NCBI GenBank assembly: GCA_025603075.1
Contig: MU626299.1
Location: forward strand, 62,001 to 126,000
Reading direction: 5' to 3'
Length of the DNA stretch: 64,000 nt
Origin: Neoconidiobolus thromboides FSU 785
Lineage: Eukaryota; Fungi; Entomophthoromycota
The notes below the pieces were generated by a model. That model made no database searches and had not been told where the DNA came from. It worked only from the letters and a program-made list of their open reading frames with translations. Shown one piece after another: positions 34,425-46,877 of the stretch (its first letter is position 1; every line of letters starts with the position of its first letter). The translations under genes and the position numbers were made by a program.

Positions 34425-34845
34425 TTTTATATAATATAGCTTAAATGAATGCCATTTTTCATTCGAGTTTTTTGCTCATATTTTAACTAGCTTAAGTTTC
34501 AAAAGAAATATTAGCTAAATGTTACACAAACATGTTCCTATTAAATTTAATAAAACTCAAGATAACTAATAATAATACTATAGTTTATAAGTTTGTTTAA
34601 AATGTAGCAATTTTAAATCTCAAAGAACAAATATTTAGCCATTCCAATTATAGTATTGTAAGAAGAATATCACAATACTTGATAAGGTAATTCGATGAAA
34701 ACTTGCTTTAGCAAACTGGTTTATAAAATATTTTTATATCAAATTAAAGTTTGTTTTTAATATTTAAAAAAATATTTATAATATATAACGATAAAAAAGG
34801 TATACTGATTTCTTGATAACTTGGTTTTCAAAATTAACCAAAAGT

Positions 34846-36471
34846 ATGCTTGGAAGGATATTACACCGCTGTAATAAGTGTAAACATCACAAAAGAAATG
34901 ATCGTATTTTGTCTAGATGTATTCATTGTCAACCGGAAAATCTAAAATGCATTACTATGGGAAATGACAAATATAGTACGAAGCATAAAGGAAGCTTTGA
35001 ACCGTCTGATTCAATATCAACTAAAAACGTATACATAGATAATAACTTCAATTATACTTTTGAAACTAATATGGGTTTATGCACTTCCGTAAAAGCAGCG
35101 TCGTCATTAGTATCAATGCTACCCTCAAAATTATTAAAAGATAATCTACTATCACTTTTACAATATCCTCCATTAAATAATTTTAATAAAGGGATTGAAC
35201 TAATGGTATCTTTGGCTGTACAAATGAACAGACTAAGTCTACCAAGGTATTTGGCTGAAATAGAACTACTTCCGAAAGTTGAGAAACCTCATTATACCCC
35301 TTCACTTATACTTTTAGGGATAAGAAATTACCTGAAAACTGAGCATGTTACTATGCCAATATTTAACTTACAAATTTTCAATTTCAATATATGTCACAAC
35401 ACGACTAAACTAGCAATAATTGCATGTGGATTAAAATCAAATAGGGATAGGAAAGCAGTTGAGCTAGTTAACTATTGCGAAGTTCATCTGCATTCATATT
35501 TTAAAACACCGTACAATTGCAAACCAACTTTAAATACTCTTCAAAGTATTATTATTTTACTTTTAGAATTACGACAGTTTAAATGGGTAGCTAAGCTTAC
35601 TACAGAATTTGTCAATTATTTAGTTCAAGCTAAAAACATTTTAGGATTACAATTTACATGTCCGAAATTGAGTTTAGAAGCGAAGATTGAAAGAAAAATG
35701 GTATTTAATTCAATAAACTATATAGTAACTATGTTTTCAACTGCATCTTATTTTGTACATCCGGCTATTCAAGATTATCCCAACAAGTTACGTAGTTCAG
35801 TGGATTTCAACCTTAAGAAACTAAATTTGAAATCAACTCAAAGTGTTATTCATATCTGTTCATTATCATTTAATAGCTTTTTGGAAGAGTTTTCGTACCA
35901 TTTTGATAAAATAGTATTTATAAAAGCACAAGTAGCCGAAAAACTAGTCACATTTGAAGACTGCTATATTAATATTCAGTTAATAATTAATGATTTTACT
36001 GTTAGTTTCAATAAATACCAAAAATTAATTAAAAGTTTCAAGTTAACAAGTATAAGCATCCTGTACGCAAATCTTTTAGATATTTACATTTGCCAAGGTT
36101 ATTGTTTATATAGTTATTTCAAATTCTTTTCTCTTTCCTTAAAGGCATTCCATATCATCAACGAAACGTCAACTCAAACTTATACCAATTTATTGATTAC
36201 TAATGCTTTAAATGTGGTCAAATATATTTTGAAAATGCCTTTAGATTACATCACCCATATTATGATCGCTACCTTATATCATTGTTTGTTATTTCTTCTA
36301 AGAAATAGAAACCCAGAATATACTAAACTTATTGACTCTGCATTAATATTAGCAAAATCTAAACTTCTTGCTTTGACTTTACCACCTTACAATTCTTCTT
36401 CTGCAACCTTTAACTTAAACATGTTGAATATTACTGAGGATCTTATTATCCCTCAATATCTGCAACTATAA
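34846..36471 (+). CDS. Zn(II)2Cys6-like transcription factor with degenerate cluster (541 aa)
   Basis: First ATG at 34846; CNKCKHHKRNDRILSRCIHCQPENLKC near the N-terminus followed by a long helical region. Confidence 0.7.
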   Translation: MLGRILHRCNKCKHHKRNDRILSRCIHCQPENLKCITMGNDKYSTKHKGSFEPSDSISTKNVYIDNNFNYTFETNMGLCTSVKAASSLVSMLPSKLLKDNLLSLLQYPPLNNFNKGIELMVSLAVQMNRLSLPRYLAEIELLPKVEKPHYTPSLILLGIRNYLKTEHVTMPIFNLQIFNFNICHNTTKLAIIACGLKSNRDRKAVELVNYCEVHLHSYFKTPYNCKPTLNTLQSIIILLLELRQFKWVAKLTTEFVNYLVQAKNILGLQFTCPKLSLEAKIERKMVFNSINYIVTMFSTASYFVHPAIQDYPNKLRSSVDFNLKKLNLKSTQSVIHICSLSFNSFLEEFSYHFDKIVFIKAQVAEKLVTFEDCYINIQLIINDFTVSFNKYQKLIKSFKLTSISILYANLLDIYICQGYCLYSYFKFFSLSLKAFHIINETSTQTYTNLLITNALNVVKYILKMPLDYITHIMIATLYHCLLFLLRNRNPEYTKLIDSALILAKSKLLALTLPPYNSSSATFNLNMLNITEDLIIPQYLQL

Positions 36472-36878
36472 AGAAAAATTTTAGAGCTACAACTTTTTAA
36501 ACAATCTTTTTTCTAGTTCGATTGTGAAAAATTCTAGAGCTAAATAAATATTTTGTGATATATTTGTTTTGAAAGATTATATATTGCTTGTTGTTAGCTT
36601 ACTATATTAATAATAAATAAACACTAAACAGTATATATAATATTGTATGTCAGTTAGTCTTAAGATGCTGCTTTTAAAATCACTTCATTCATTATGTTAC
36701 AATGTAAATAGGTTTCAATAGATGATAGGAATTATCATTCTACTTTTGTTAAACTTTGAGAAAATATGCATTATAATTGTTCATATCATTACACAACTGT
36801 TCAACAAGGATTATTTATTACTTATTTGTTATTACTGAAAACAATAAAATCCATTATTATTATAAGCATTTTTACCGT

Positions 36879-37342
36879 TGTGAAATCTGGTACTCAGGGT
36901 TTGGAGTCAAGAACAGCTATTGCTGGGTTGACTACACTATAAGTTGAAAGGTCTTAGTTTATATGACTAAGATAGACTTGGATTATGAGGAATGGCACGT
37001 GATAGGTTACAAGCTATATAAGACAGATATAATAGACAATACTAATGCAAAACCTATGTAAAATACTATTAAGAAAACTTAGTGGCTTTATTAAATGTTC
37101 GAGATACCAGGGAATAATTCAGTTAAAAAGCCTCGAACTATTATACTCTGTAAACTCTTTTATACTCTGAAAAGTATAAATATCAAAATGAGAAGATAAT
37201 ATTCTTTTGGATGGAGCTAGAAATTCTCATAGCAAATCAAAATAAGAACGTGGAACTGATTTTCTCTGAACTCGAGAACACAACATCTTAGGCGATTGTT
37301 ATGCTATAATTAACCATGGGACTGACAAAGCGATATTTCACA
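36879..37342 (+). mobile_element. Solo-LTR-like element, copy 2 (464 bp)
   Basis: TGTGAAAT...ATTTCACA; flanks CCGT/CCAT; colinear with copy 1. Confidence 0.8.
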
Positions 37343-37362
37343 CCATATTAGTTGTCTATTAC

Positions 37363-37450
37363 TTTTTAGTATCATTACTTTTTCCATTTTTAAGCATTAT
37401 TTGAGTAAAAGATTGTTAGTAAAATTCTTAAACAAAAAAATACATCCACA
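37363..37450 (+). mobile_element. Partial MITE copy
   Basis: Matches the right-hand ~85 bp of the consensus. Confidence 0.6.
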
Positions 37451-37680
37451 TCTATTATTTGGGGATGTTTTTTATTTATATTATAAAAAATTTTACTTAT
37501 TAATATAAAAAATGTTATTTTGACATTTTAATATTTATATTTTTATGTAATACTTTAATCTAAAATATAAGAAAACTTTTTAGTATAGTAACTTTCTAAG
37601 TTTTATTATATTTAATTTAATAATTTTATTTTTCAATTATATTTAATTATAATGGTTTATACAACTTTTTAATAACATAA

Positions 37681-37776
37681 GGGAATATATTGTGTATTTG
37701 AGGATTCTACTAACAAATTTTCCGCTTAAATAGTGCTTAAAAGATGGGAAAAATAATGAAGCCGAAAAACACCCCC
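37681..37776 (-). mobile_element. ~99-bp MITE copy
   Basis: Reverse match to the consensus. Confidence 0.7.
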
Positions 37777-38229
37777 ATAAGTTATTTTTTTGATTACCCA
37801 TATAATTTGCTTAACTACTATATATATTGTTTATTTACAAATTTATATTTATATTTATGTTTAAATAAATATTAATAACTTAATGTTTAAACAATTTGAT
37901 TTTTTATTTTAAAATTTTTAATTATCTTTCTAATTTAGTTAGGTTTAAAAATATAAAAGCTAGTTAATTTTAAAAAAATATTGATTACTATAAGATTTCA
38001 ATAGTAAATTTTTTATTTTTTATGCCTATATCTGTTTTATAAAAAATAAATTTGTTAACAGTTTTAAAAAATTTTGATTTTTGAAAAACAATTGATAAAA
38101 TAAACGAAAACTTTACAAAAATTCAAAATAAAATTTATATAACCTTATGTATTTATAAATTTGTGGACTTATCTATAAAAATCAGTAAATGATATATAAA
38201 CTTTATTTTTTCAAGTTAAACTTATATTT

Positions 38230-38321
38230 GGGAGTGTTTTTTTGATTTTGTTATTTTTTCCATTTTTTAAGCGTTATTTAAGGTGGAAAAACTTGCTAGT
38301 AAAATTCTTAAATACATTCCC
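38230..38321 (+). mobile_element. MITE copy whose right end was hit by a solo-LTR-like insertion
   Basis: Left flank ATTT; the right flank ATTT is restored when element 38324-38785 and one CCAT are removed. Confidence 0.75.
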
Positions 38322-38323
38322 AT

Positions 38324-38785
38324 TGTGAAATATCGCTTTGTCAGTCCCATGGTTAATTACAGCATAATGATCGCCTAAGTTGTTGTGTTCTCAAGTTTAG
38401 AGGCAATTAATCCCATGTTCTTATTTTGATTTGCTATGAGAGTTTATATCTTCGTCTCAAAGATGTTATCCCCTCGTTTTGATACATATACTTGTAGGAG
38501 TATAAAAGAGATTCTAAAACATAGTAGCTCGAGGCTTTTCAACTGAACCACTTCCTGATATCTCGAACATTTAATAAAGCTACTAAGTTTTCTTAATAAT
38601 ATTTTACGTAGATTTTACAGTAGTAATATCTATTCTATTTATCTTACATAATTCGTAGTCTATTACGTGCTATTCCTCATAATCCAAGTCTATCTTAGTC
38701 ACATAACTAAGACATTTCGACTTATAGTATAGTCAGCCAGGCAATAGCTGTTTTTGGCTCCAATCACTGAGTACCAGATTTCACG
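38324..38785 (-). mobile_element. Solo-LTR-like element, copy 3 (462 bp)
   Basis: Reverse complement of copies 1 and 2; CCAT/CCAT flanks. Confidence 0.8.
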
Positions 38786-39338
38786 CCATTTATAGTTTAA
38801 GTTTTAATAGCTTTTATAATAATATCACTTATTAAAATATTTCTAATTTAATGACATTTCTAATTTTAATAATGTAAATTAAAAAATTGTTTTAAAAAAG
38901 CAAAATAATGTTAACTACTAAATAAAATAAAAACAGAAAATTATATCCAAATTTATTAAAGATAATATATAAAACTTATTAAAATTAATAAATAAGAATG
39001 GTTTTTTTTAGCTTGGTCCTATTGAGTTAACATTTTAATTGCTTTTACTTATTTATTTATTTAACAAAAGATTATGGAAAAAGTTAGAAGCTTTAAAATA
39101 AAATTATTTAAAAAACTTTTATGAAATCACCTTTTCAAGCAATAGTGAAAAATTCATAAATATTGATTGCCAACTCTTATAAACAAATTTATAAATATTA
39201 AATACAAAGAGTTATATTGTTTTTCTTTAACTTGTCAAAATTATACAAAGTCCACATTCTTTTTTTACACTTTTATAAAGTTGGTTGTAAATGCTAGGAT
39301 TTCCTACACTTACTTTAATTGGTATTGATATTTTAGAT

Positions 39339-39435
39339 GGGAGATGTATTTTTTTGTTTGAGAATTTTATTAACAATTTTTCTGACTAAATAGTGCTTAA
39401 AAGATGGAAAAAATGATAATTAAATAAACATTTCC
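39339..39435 (-). mobile_element. ~99-bp MITE copy (degenerate)
   Basis: Reverse match; AGAT/AAAT flanks. Confidence 0.65.
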
Positions 39436-39540
39436 AAATTAAATTTAGTAAAACATTGGATATAAAAGCTTTTTAAAAAGAAAAAAGTTATACATAAAAA
39501 ATGACTAAACTTTATAATATAATTATAATTTATTTTTCAA

Positions 39541-41106
39541 TCAATTATAATTTAATACAAAACTCTTACCCATTACTAAATGAGGATTAATATGGCAATG
39601 AGATAACCATTTTCCTGGATTATCAGCTTTAAGTCGGATAGCATACCAGCCACAGAAAACAACATCTCCCACAGTCCTTGGGTTAGCAAAATGAGTAAAC
39701 GTATCTTGTAATACAAGATTCTTTTTATGAGATAAAATAGTATCTTGAATCTTGATTGAGTCAGTAGAAGGATCATAAGGTAAAGTGCCATTGGAAACTA
39801 CATAAAAAGAGTGACCATGTAAATGCCAAGGATGAGTAACGCAATTACCTCCTATGGGTTGAAAATGTTGTAATATAATTTGTATATTAGTATTATTTTT
39901 TATAAAATAATCTTTATTTTCCAATTGATTATTAATTAGAAATTTAGGTACATTATTAGCTATTCCATTAGTAATGTTGATAATAATTTCCTGATCAATT
40001 TGTTTAGGTACTTGATAAATATGAGTATCTTGAACATCGATACAATTGCTTCGATAAAATTGTGAATTTTTCAATTTAGGTAAAATCCATAAATTCTCAG
40101 TTAAATTTAATCTCTCAGGCACATACAACTTTTTCTTTAATTTATCTGTTGGTTCTGCTCCATTATAATGTAATATTGCTACTCCATTATTAGGTAATAG
40201 AGGATTACTATTACTACCTGTAATTCTAGTCATCATATAATAATTATTAATAGGTTGATTCATTTTAACTAATATAGAATATCTCTGTGCTGGATGTAAT
40301 TCAATTCGATTAGTTAATATAGGTTCAATTAAAGTGCCATCTACTTCAATTACTTTGAATTCTATATGATTTTGAATTTCAAAGATTAAATTAGATAGTC
40401 CATTAGCTGCAATAATTCGAATTCGATAAATTTTATTAAAATCTACATTTTTTACATAATAACCCTCATTAAACAAATCCTTTTCTTTAGTGTTAGTATT
40501 GTTTTCCCAAACATCAAAAGTTCTACCATTAGTTAAGATAGATTGGGATGGAAATGGAAACTGAAAGGGTGGATTTAATAAATCATGATAAATTAAACTG
40601 GTATTTTTATGCCAACGTTCACTTAAAATTAAAGTAAATTCCTCATCATAATAATAGTTTTCATTGTATTCAATTAACTCTTTTAGAAACTTCTCTTTGA
40701 TAATCAATGCCCCATAAATTACTTGAATATCCAAATCAGTATGAGCATGATACCAATAAGTCCCACTTTGTTTATATACGTTAAATTGATATTTAAATGA
40801 ACTGTTTGTTAAGATCCTTGCTTGGGTTAATTCAGGTACACCATCCATATTGTTACTATTTCTCTGCTCAATTCCATGCCAATGAATAGTTATATTTCGA
40901 TGACTTTGATTATTAATTAATATATTAACTTGATCATGTTGTTCAATTTCAATAGTAGGACCTGGATAAACTCCATTAATAGTTATACCTTCAAAATTAA
41001 AATTATCTACTGCAATATCTTGATCTTTAACTTCCCATGAATAATAATGGACTTTACTATCAAGAGTATTAAGAAAACAGAATAATATTATGATTATGTA
41101 ATTCAT
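39541..41106 (-). CDS. Secreted multicopper oxidase (laccase/ascorbate-oxidase-like, 521 aa)
   Basis: Signal peptide; all four copper motifs: IHWHG, WYHAH, HPWHLHGH, HCHINPH. Confidence 0.95.
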   Translation of the reverse strand: MNYIIIILFCFLNTLDSKVHYYSWEVKDQDIAVDNFNFEGITINGVYPGPTIEIEQHDQVNILINNQSHRNITIHWHGIEQRNSNNMDGVPELTQARILTNSSFKYQFNVYKQSGTYWYHAHTDLDIQVIYGALIIKEKFLKELIEYNENYYYDEEFTLILSERWHKNTSLIYHDLLNPPFQFPFPSQSILTNGRTFDVWENNTNTKEKDLFNEGYYVKNVDFNKIYRIRIIAANGLSNLIFEIQNHIEFKVIEVDGTLIEPILTNRIELHPAQRYSILVKMNQPINNYYMMTRITGSNSNPLLPNNGVAILHYNGAEPTDKLKKKLYVPERLNLTENLWILPKLKNSQFYRSNCIDVQDTHIYQVPKQIDQEIIINITNGIANNVPKFLINNQLENKDYFIKNNTNIQIILQHFQPIGGNCVTHPWHLHGHSFYVVSNGTLPYDPSTDSIKIQDTILSHKKNLVLQDTFTHFANPRTVGDVVFCGWYAIRLKADNPGKWLSHCHINPHLVMGKSFVLNYN

Positions 41107-41413
41107 TATTGTTTTATAAATTTAATCATTGACTAAATGTTGAGTTTATATATATTATTTTTGAAGATAATTGTATATAATTATCTTTTTTGTTGATATC
41201 ATATATTAATTTTTAGATAGATAAATTAAGTATCTATAAATAAATTTGTATAAAATTCTTTTACTTTAATGTTATTTGAAAAATTAAGTTTAAGATACTT
41301 AATATAGTTAAAAACCATAAACATTAATAATTTATACCAACTTTTACTTCTTCTAAATATTAATATATCATCTACACAATATCTAATCAGCTATTTAAAT
41401 AACTCTAATATTT

Positions 41414-41512
41414 GGGAGTGTTTTTTTTGACTTCATTATTTTTTCCATTTTTTGAGCGCTATTTAAGCGGAAAATTTGTTAGTAAAATTCTTAGACACAA
41501 AAATACATCCCC
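41414..41512 (+). mobile_element. ~99-bp MITE copy
   Basis: Consensus match; ATTT/ATTT flanks. Confidence 0.8.
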
Positions 41513-42416
41513 ATTTGTTTCTTTTATTTCATTAAATTTAATTAAACCTCTGAAAAAATTATTAATTGACTTAAATGAATATAAGTTATTTAATTTAATT
41601 TATTATCAAATTTAATTTTACTTTGTATTTGAATTTAACTTTTAACAAAAATATTGGGAACCATTTTGTTTTTTGTTAAATCAAATTAGAAGGTGGAATT
41701 TTAAAAGGTCAATATCAGATGTTTTAATCAAAATATTCCCTTTGAGTTGAATTATTTTATTATATTGAGGTTCATCTATTCGGATTTTTAATTAAAAAAA
41801 TACTGAATGTTATTGACAATATCAAAAGATTAATCTTTGTTTGAATTTGTTCCTCCCTAATCACTCCACTTTCATAACATTATAAGCTAATAAACACAAA
41901 GCCCTTTGGCTTTAATTTTTAAAACTAATATCAAAAGATTAGTTGATTTTAAAAGCTGAGATTGAATGATTTACTATAAATAGAAATTTTTATGTAATAA
42001 ACTATTTAAATTTCAATTAAGCAAATTCATAATTGATTCTAATAAATAATGATAAATTGATATTATTAAGTTAATAAAAAGATATTAAACTTGAAATTGT
42101 AATCAAAACAAACAAAATAGTAAAACATTAACCATAGATGCTATTGATTTTTAAAAGCTTCGAAACAAATCAAATATTTTAAAAATAAGTTGAAGATACA
42201 CTGGATGGTTTTTATTAAAGATTTCTATTAAATTACTTTTAGAATCTTAACAAAATACATCTACCTTCTTTTACTAAATCAGCAAGTAGACAAAATTAAT
42301 AATTATCTTAAATAATATCTTTGTGTTTATTCGAAGCCTATAATACTTCTGTTTCCTAGCCCTATTCCATCACTTTAATCCCCCTTTAATCTATCATATA
42401 CCCCAACCCACTTCCA

Positions 42417-43487
42417 TTAAAATGTTTCCATCTCCACTTTCAATCCACAAATTGTGCATTTGCCTTCAGTTTCCCCTTGAATAAATTGATGTTCATGAAC
42501 TTGTATTTTTGGACGTTGCTGTTCCCAAGTTTCAGTACGAGTCCTTTTTCTTAAATCTAAATAAAGAAATAAAAAAATCAATATTAATTTTACTTTGAAG
42601 ATTGTTGAAAAATTGATTAGTCACCTTTTAATTTATTTTTAAATTTATCTGCTTTTTTCTTTTTTTTTACCATTTCTCGACGTTCTAATTCAGCGTCTAA
42701 GCCTTCACTACCGCCCCATTTTTTATAGGCATACATTTCTACCTTTTATTATTAAAGTATTAATATGGTAATGTTTTATTAATATTATTATAGTTTTATC
42801 TATTTATACTATTTACTTGTTCCCTTAAATATAACAACATATTATTCCAACTTGATTTTCTTGGATTTGGTTTACTCCAACAATTAAATAAATCTTTATC
42901 TCTTAATTCATCTAATAATTTTTGGTTGATTGTATTAATAAAAAAAATTTCAAAATAAATAGTAATATTTTTATAAATCACCTTCAGTTAACAAATAATC
43001 CTAAATAAAAAAATAGCGATTTAAAAAATTTAAAAACTAAATAAGATGTTATAAATATTTCAAGACTTACTTCTTTTACTTCTGTTTTTGTTAATAAGGA
43101 ATACTTTTCCGTTACTGATTTTTTACAATCACTACAAACTGATACTTTAAATAATTGAAAAAATAAGGGATCAACTCCTAATTTTTGACACTCTTTGCAG
43201 CGATCGTTATCTTCAGCTAATTATTGAATTATTAATATTCTTCATATAGGAAATTTTGGACTAATATAAATTCAATTGATAAATAAATCATTACGTATAT
43301 CTTTTAATAAAATAGGTTCGACTTGATTTAATTTAACTTGGGGATTTTCTTCTTCAATTAGAAAACCTCCTTTACTATCAACCATTTTACTTAAATCATA
43401 ATCTATATAATCCGATCGTTGGATTCTTTTACTACTCGTTGGGACTTTATTGATACTGCTTGTTTTTTTATTATCTGTTTCGCTCAT
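42417..43487 (-). CDS. RAD14: DNA damage recognition protein XPA/Rad14 (236 aa, 6 exons)
   Basis: Exons 43487-43295, 43216-43071, 43000-42982, 42911-42817, 42742-42625 and 42556-42417 splice in frame. They give YIDYDLSKMVDSKGGF, the zinc finger CKEC...VCSDC, KYSLLTKTE, KPNPR...M.LYLREQVE, KWGG and C-terminal HEHQF...CTICG. Confidence 0.93.
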
Positions 43488-43991
43488 ATCTATGAATTAT
43501 ATTTCAAAAAGATTTCAATTTTTTGGATTTTAGCTTTACTTTTTAGTTTGCTAAGCACTATTTTTAAAGTAAGAATTACTTTTTCCAAAATGATTGAGTT
43601 AAAAAGACACACTTTAATTTCAAATCAGCGTTATTTTGCACTTATTTTGAAAATCAACGATATGTAGTTACACTATCTGTAGTTTAAGATCTAAACCTTA
43701 TTTTTAAATAAACATTTAGTTAGTGTACATTTAAACTCAATCATATTTAGTTTTTGACACATTTTTAATTTTTATTTACTCAGCTTTTTCGGAAAAAGGT
43801 GTAAAAACATATTTGGTTTGGAATTTAAGGTAGTATGATAAATTAGAAACTAAAATAGATTAAAGATCGACTATAATATAAGGGATGATATATTTAATAT
43901 ATTGCTTACTAATATCTAGCAACTATTGAAAATTTATAAATGTTTGAAAATGTCAACTTTCATAAAAATAGTCTTTATTAAAAAAAACAAT

Positions 43992-45100
43992 TTATCTTTT
44001 AACCCTATAGTAAAAATAAGGTTAATATCAACTTAATATAATAATTAGTTCAAATTTCTTACCAAGTAAACTTCTTACGTGCTTTAGGTTGACCAGTCTT
44101 CTTACGTTCAACCACTCTTGGATCTCTATATAATAATTTGGCTAAAGAAATTTTAATGAAACTCCTTAAAAAAATGAAACAAAACCCTTACCTTCCTCTA
44201 AAACTGTTTCCAATTCAGGTTCATGAACAATCAAAGCTTTAGCAAGAGCTAATGAAGTAGCTTGAGATTGACCTAACCAAAAAATAAATATTTTGTTTAA
44301 AAGCCATAAAGAAGTTTACCTGTTGTACCACCACCTAAAGCAATTAACCAGGCATTATATTTACTCAAACTATTAGTTAAAGCCAATGGCAAAACAGCAT
44401 TTTCTCTATCTAAGTATCTACCAAAATACTCAGCCAATGGAGTACCATTGATCATCAATTTCCCTTCACCTTTAACTAACCAACATCTAACAGAAGCTTC
44501 TTTACGATAACCAACGGAATAAGCTCTACCCATAGAATCTAATTGGACTACCTTTCTTTGTTGTTCTTGTAAACTACCACTAGCAGAGAGTTTAGCTAAA
44601 TACTCTCTTAAACTTTGTGGTAAACTTTGTAAACGATTAACATCATTTTCAGCTATCCTATCTAATCTAGCAATAATGGAACGATATTGGTTTTTGGTTA
44701 AATCAGTCTTTAAATAACTTGCCATAGCGTTATGAGATAACCAATAAAATTGTCTCTCTTTATAAGGTACAATATCGGTAGGTTGTAATTTATCCGAATA
44801 AAATGGATCATTTGGAGTATAATATTCCAAACATTGATCTAAACCAACAATTAAATCATAATAAGTAGTATTACCAGTGAAGTAAGACTTGGAACTTGGT
44901 CTATCTTCTTCTACACTTTGTTCAATTTTGGGTGCACTCTTGATGGCCGATATATCAAGTTGAGATGTTAACTTTTTTTCATAGCTATTAGTAAAATTAT
45001 TTTTTAATAATGGTGTTGATGGGCTGACAAAACTTCTGACATCTAACTTTATAGGGTTAAGTTGACGCCTACCAGTTTGTAGTAGGCTTGTTCTATACAT
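43992..45100 (-). CDS. MRPS9: Mitochondrial ribosomal protein uS9m (317 aa, 4 exons)
   Basis: Exons 45100-44320, 44272-44192, 44141-44063 and 44004-43992; GYRKEAS, GGGTTGQSQA, RDPRVVERKKTGQPKARKKFTWVKR*. Confidence 0.95.
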
Positions 45101-45444
45101 TTTGAAAGTGAAGTTAAAATGGACAGTGTTGTTTGAAATCCCATTATAGTTTAGGAGTTATTTTATTGGTCGTAATTTTAAGTGGATTGATTGGCTGGAA
45201 TTGAGATTAAAATTGTAAGGAAGATAAATCAAAGTTGCTATCATCGAACGTGAATTGAAAGTTTATTTTGGTTAAAATTTCCAGTCTACCACTCAAGGTA
45301 GCATCAATTAACGTTTTTTCCCCTGCTCCTTTATTGCTTATCTATACTACCACTGTATAGTTTTTTTTAATATGGTCTTTACCTATAACTATTATACATT
45401 AGCAAATTTTAAATTTATTATCCAAAGGAAATAAAATTATATAT

Positions 45445-45542
45445 GGGGATCTTTTTTTGGCTTCATTACTTCTTTCATCTTTTAAGCACTATTTGAGTGG
45501 AAAAATTGTTAGTACAATTTTTAAATACAAAAACACATCCCC
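45445..45542 (+). mobile_element. ~99-bp MITE copy
   Basis: Consensus match; ATAT/ATTT flanks. Confidence 0.8.
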
Positions 45543-46460
45543 ATTTTATAATAACATCAATTTGCTTTAATTATAGTTTAATAAGTTTAAATATATGGAA
45601 TATAAGTTAAAAAATAAAAAGTGTTATTATATTTAGAAATAAAGTTTTGTTTTTAATTAAAAAAATTCTATAATATTTAAAAGATCAGTTCATTAAATAA
45701 CTTAATAAAATTATTATTAAACATAGTAACATTATTAATACTAAAAGTTTTAATCAATATTTTTAAATAGCAAACAGATAAATTAGACAAAGTAAAAATA
45801 ATTCAATAAATAGCCAAGTCAGAGTTTAGATTTAATACTTAGAATTTATTAACATTAATTTTTATATCATTGATAAAGCAGTAAATTTTTTGTACAAAAC
45901 TATTAAGATAGTATCTGTGGAACTTTTAAGCTATATAGACATTATTTATAAAAGCAAAAATTTAAAACAAACAAAGTTTAAATAAGAAGCTAATAAATAA
46001 ACAACTTAAATAATTAATTTTTTAGTTAATTATAAAAATAAAGAGGAGTAGAAATAAAAAATTGCTTTTTACTTTAAATTTTGATAAAAAAAGTTTGAAT
46101 AAATTATTTAAGCTGAAAATAATTAAAATTCTACGTTTTTTTTCTTAAAAATGAAGAAATAAATAAAGGTTATTATAAACTATTGAAATAGCATTAAAAA
46201 AGAAAATAAAAATCATATTTATAAATCTAATATTTATATAGTAAATGAATAAAAAATATTTTAAATCTTATTTTTGGTTTACGTTGATTTAAAAGCTATG
46301 ATTTTATTATATTCATAATTTAATTCAAAATTTGAAAATTTGTATGTATTAAATAAAAACCAAAAAAATTAATAAGATCAACCTATTTAAGAAAGATTAT
46401 TTTTTTAAATAAATAACTATAAGTATTCAAAATTTAATCGATTTTTAATTTTAGTTAAAT

Positions 46461-46552
46461 GGAAGTGTTTTTTTAGCTTCACTTCTTTATCTTAAGTGCT
46501 ATTTAAGCGGAAAAATTGTTAGTAAAATTCTTAAATCTGAAAATATATCCCC
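46461..46552 (+). mobile_element. MITE copy with internal deletion
   Basis: Consensus match; AAAT/AAAT flanks. Confidence 0.7.
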
Positions 46553-46687
46553 AAATAATTTTTAAATTTATGTATAAAATTAATATTATTAGAAAGTTAT
46601 ATATTAATACTTTTTTGCTTGTTTTCAAAGTACAATTTAGTAATAACATAAGAGCAAAAGTAATAAATTATGAAAATACTAGTATAT

Positions 46688-46786
46688 GGGGATGTATTTT
46701 TGTATTTAAGAATCTTACTAACAAATTTTCCGCTTAAATAGCACTTAAAGAATGGAAAAAATAATGAAGTCAAAAAAGACACTCCC
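46688..46786 (-). mobile_element. ~99-bp MITE copy
   Basis: Reverse match; ATAT/ATAT flanks. Confidence 0.8.
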
Positions 46787-46877
46787 ATATAGTAAGGAAA
46801 AAAAAAGTAAATTTAGCAATAATAAGTAGATTTGTTTTTTTTATTAATTTTCATAATATAAATACTCACTTAACAAC

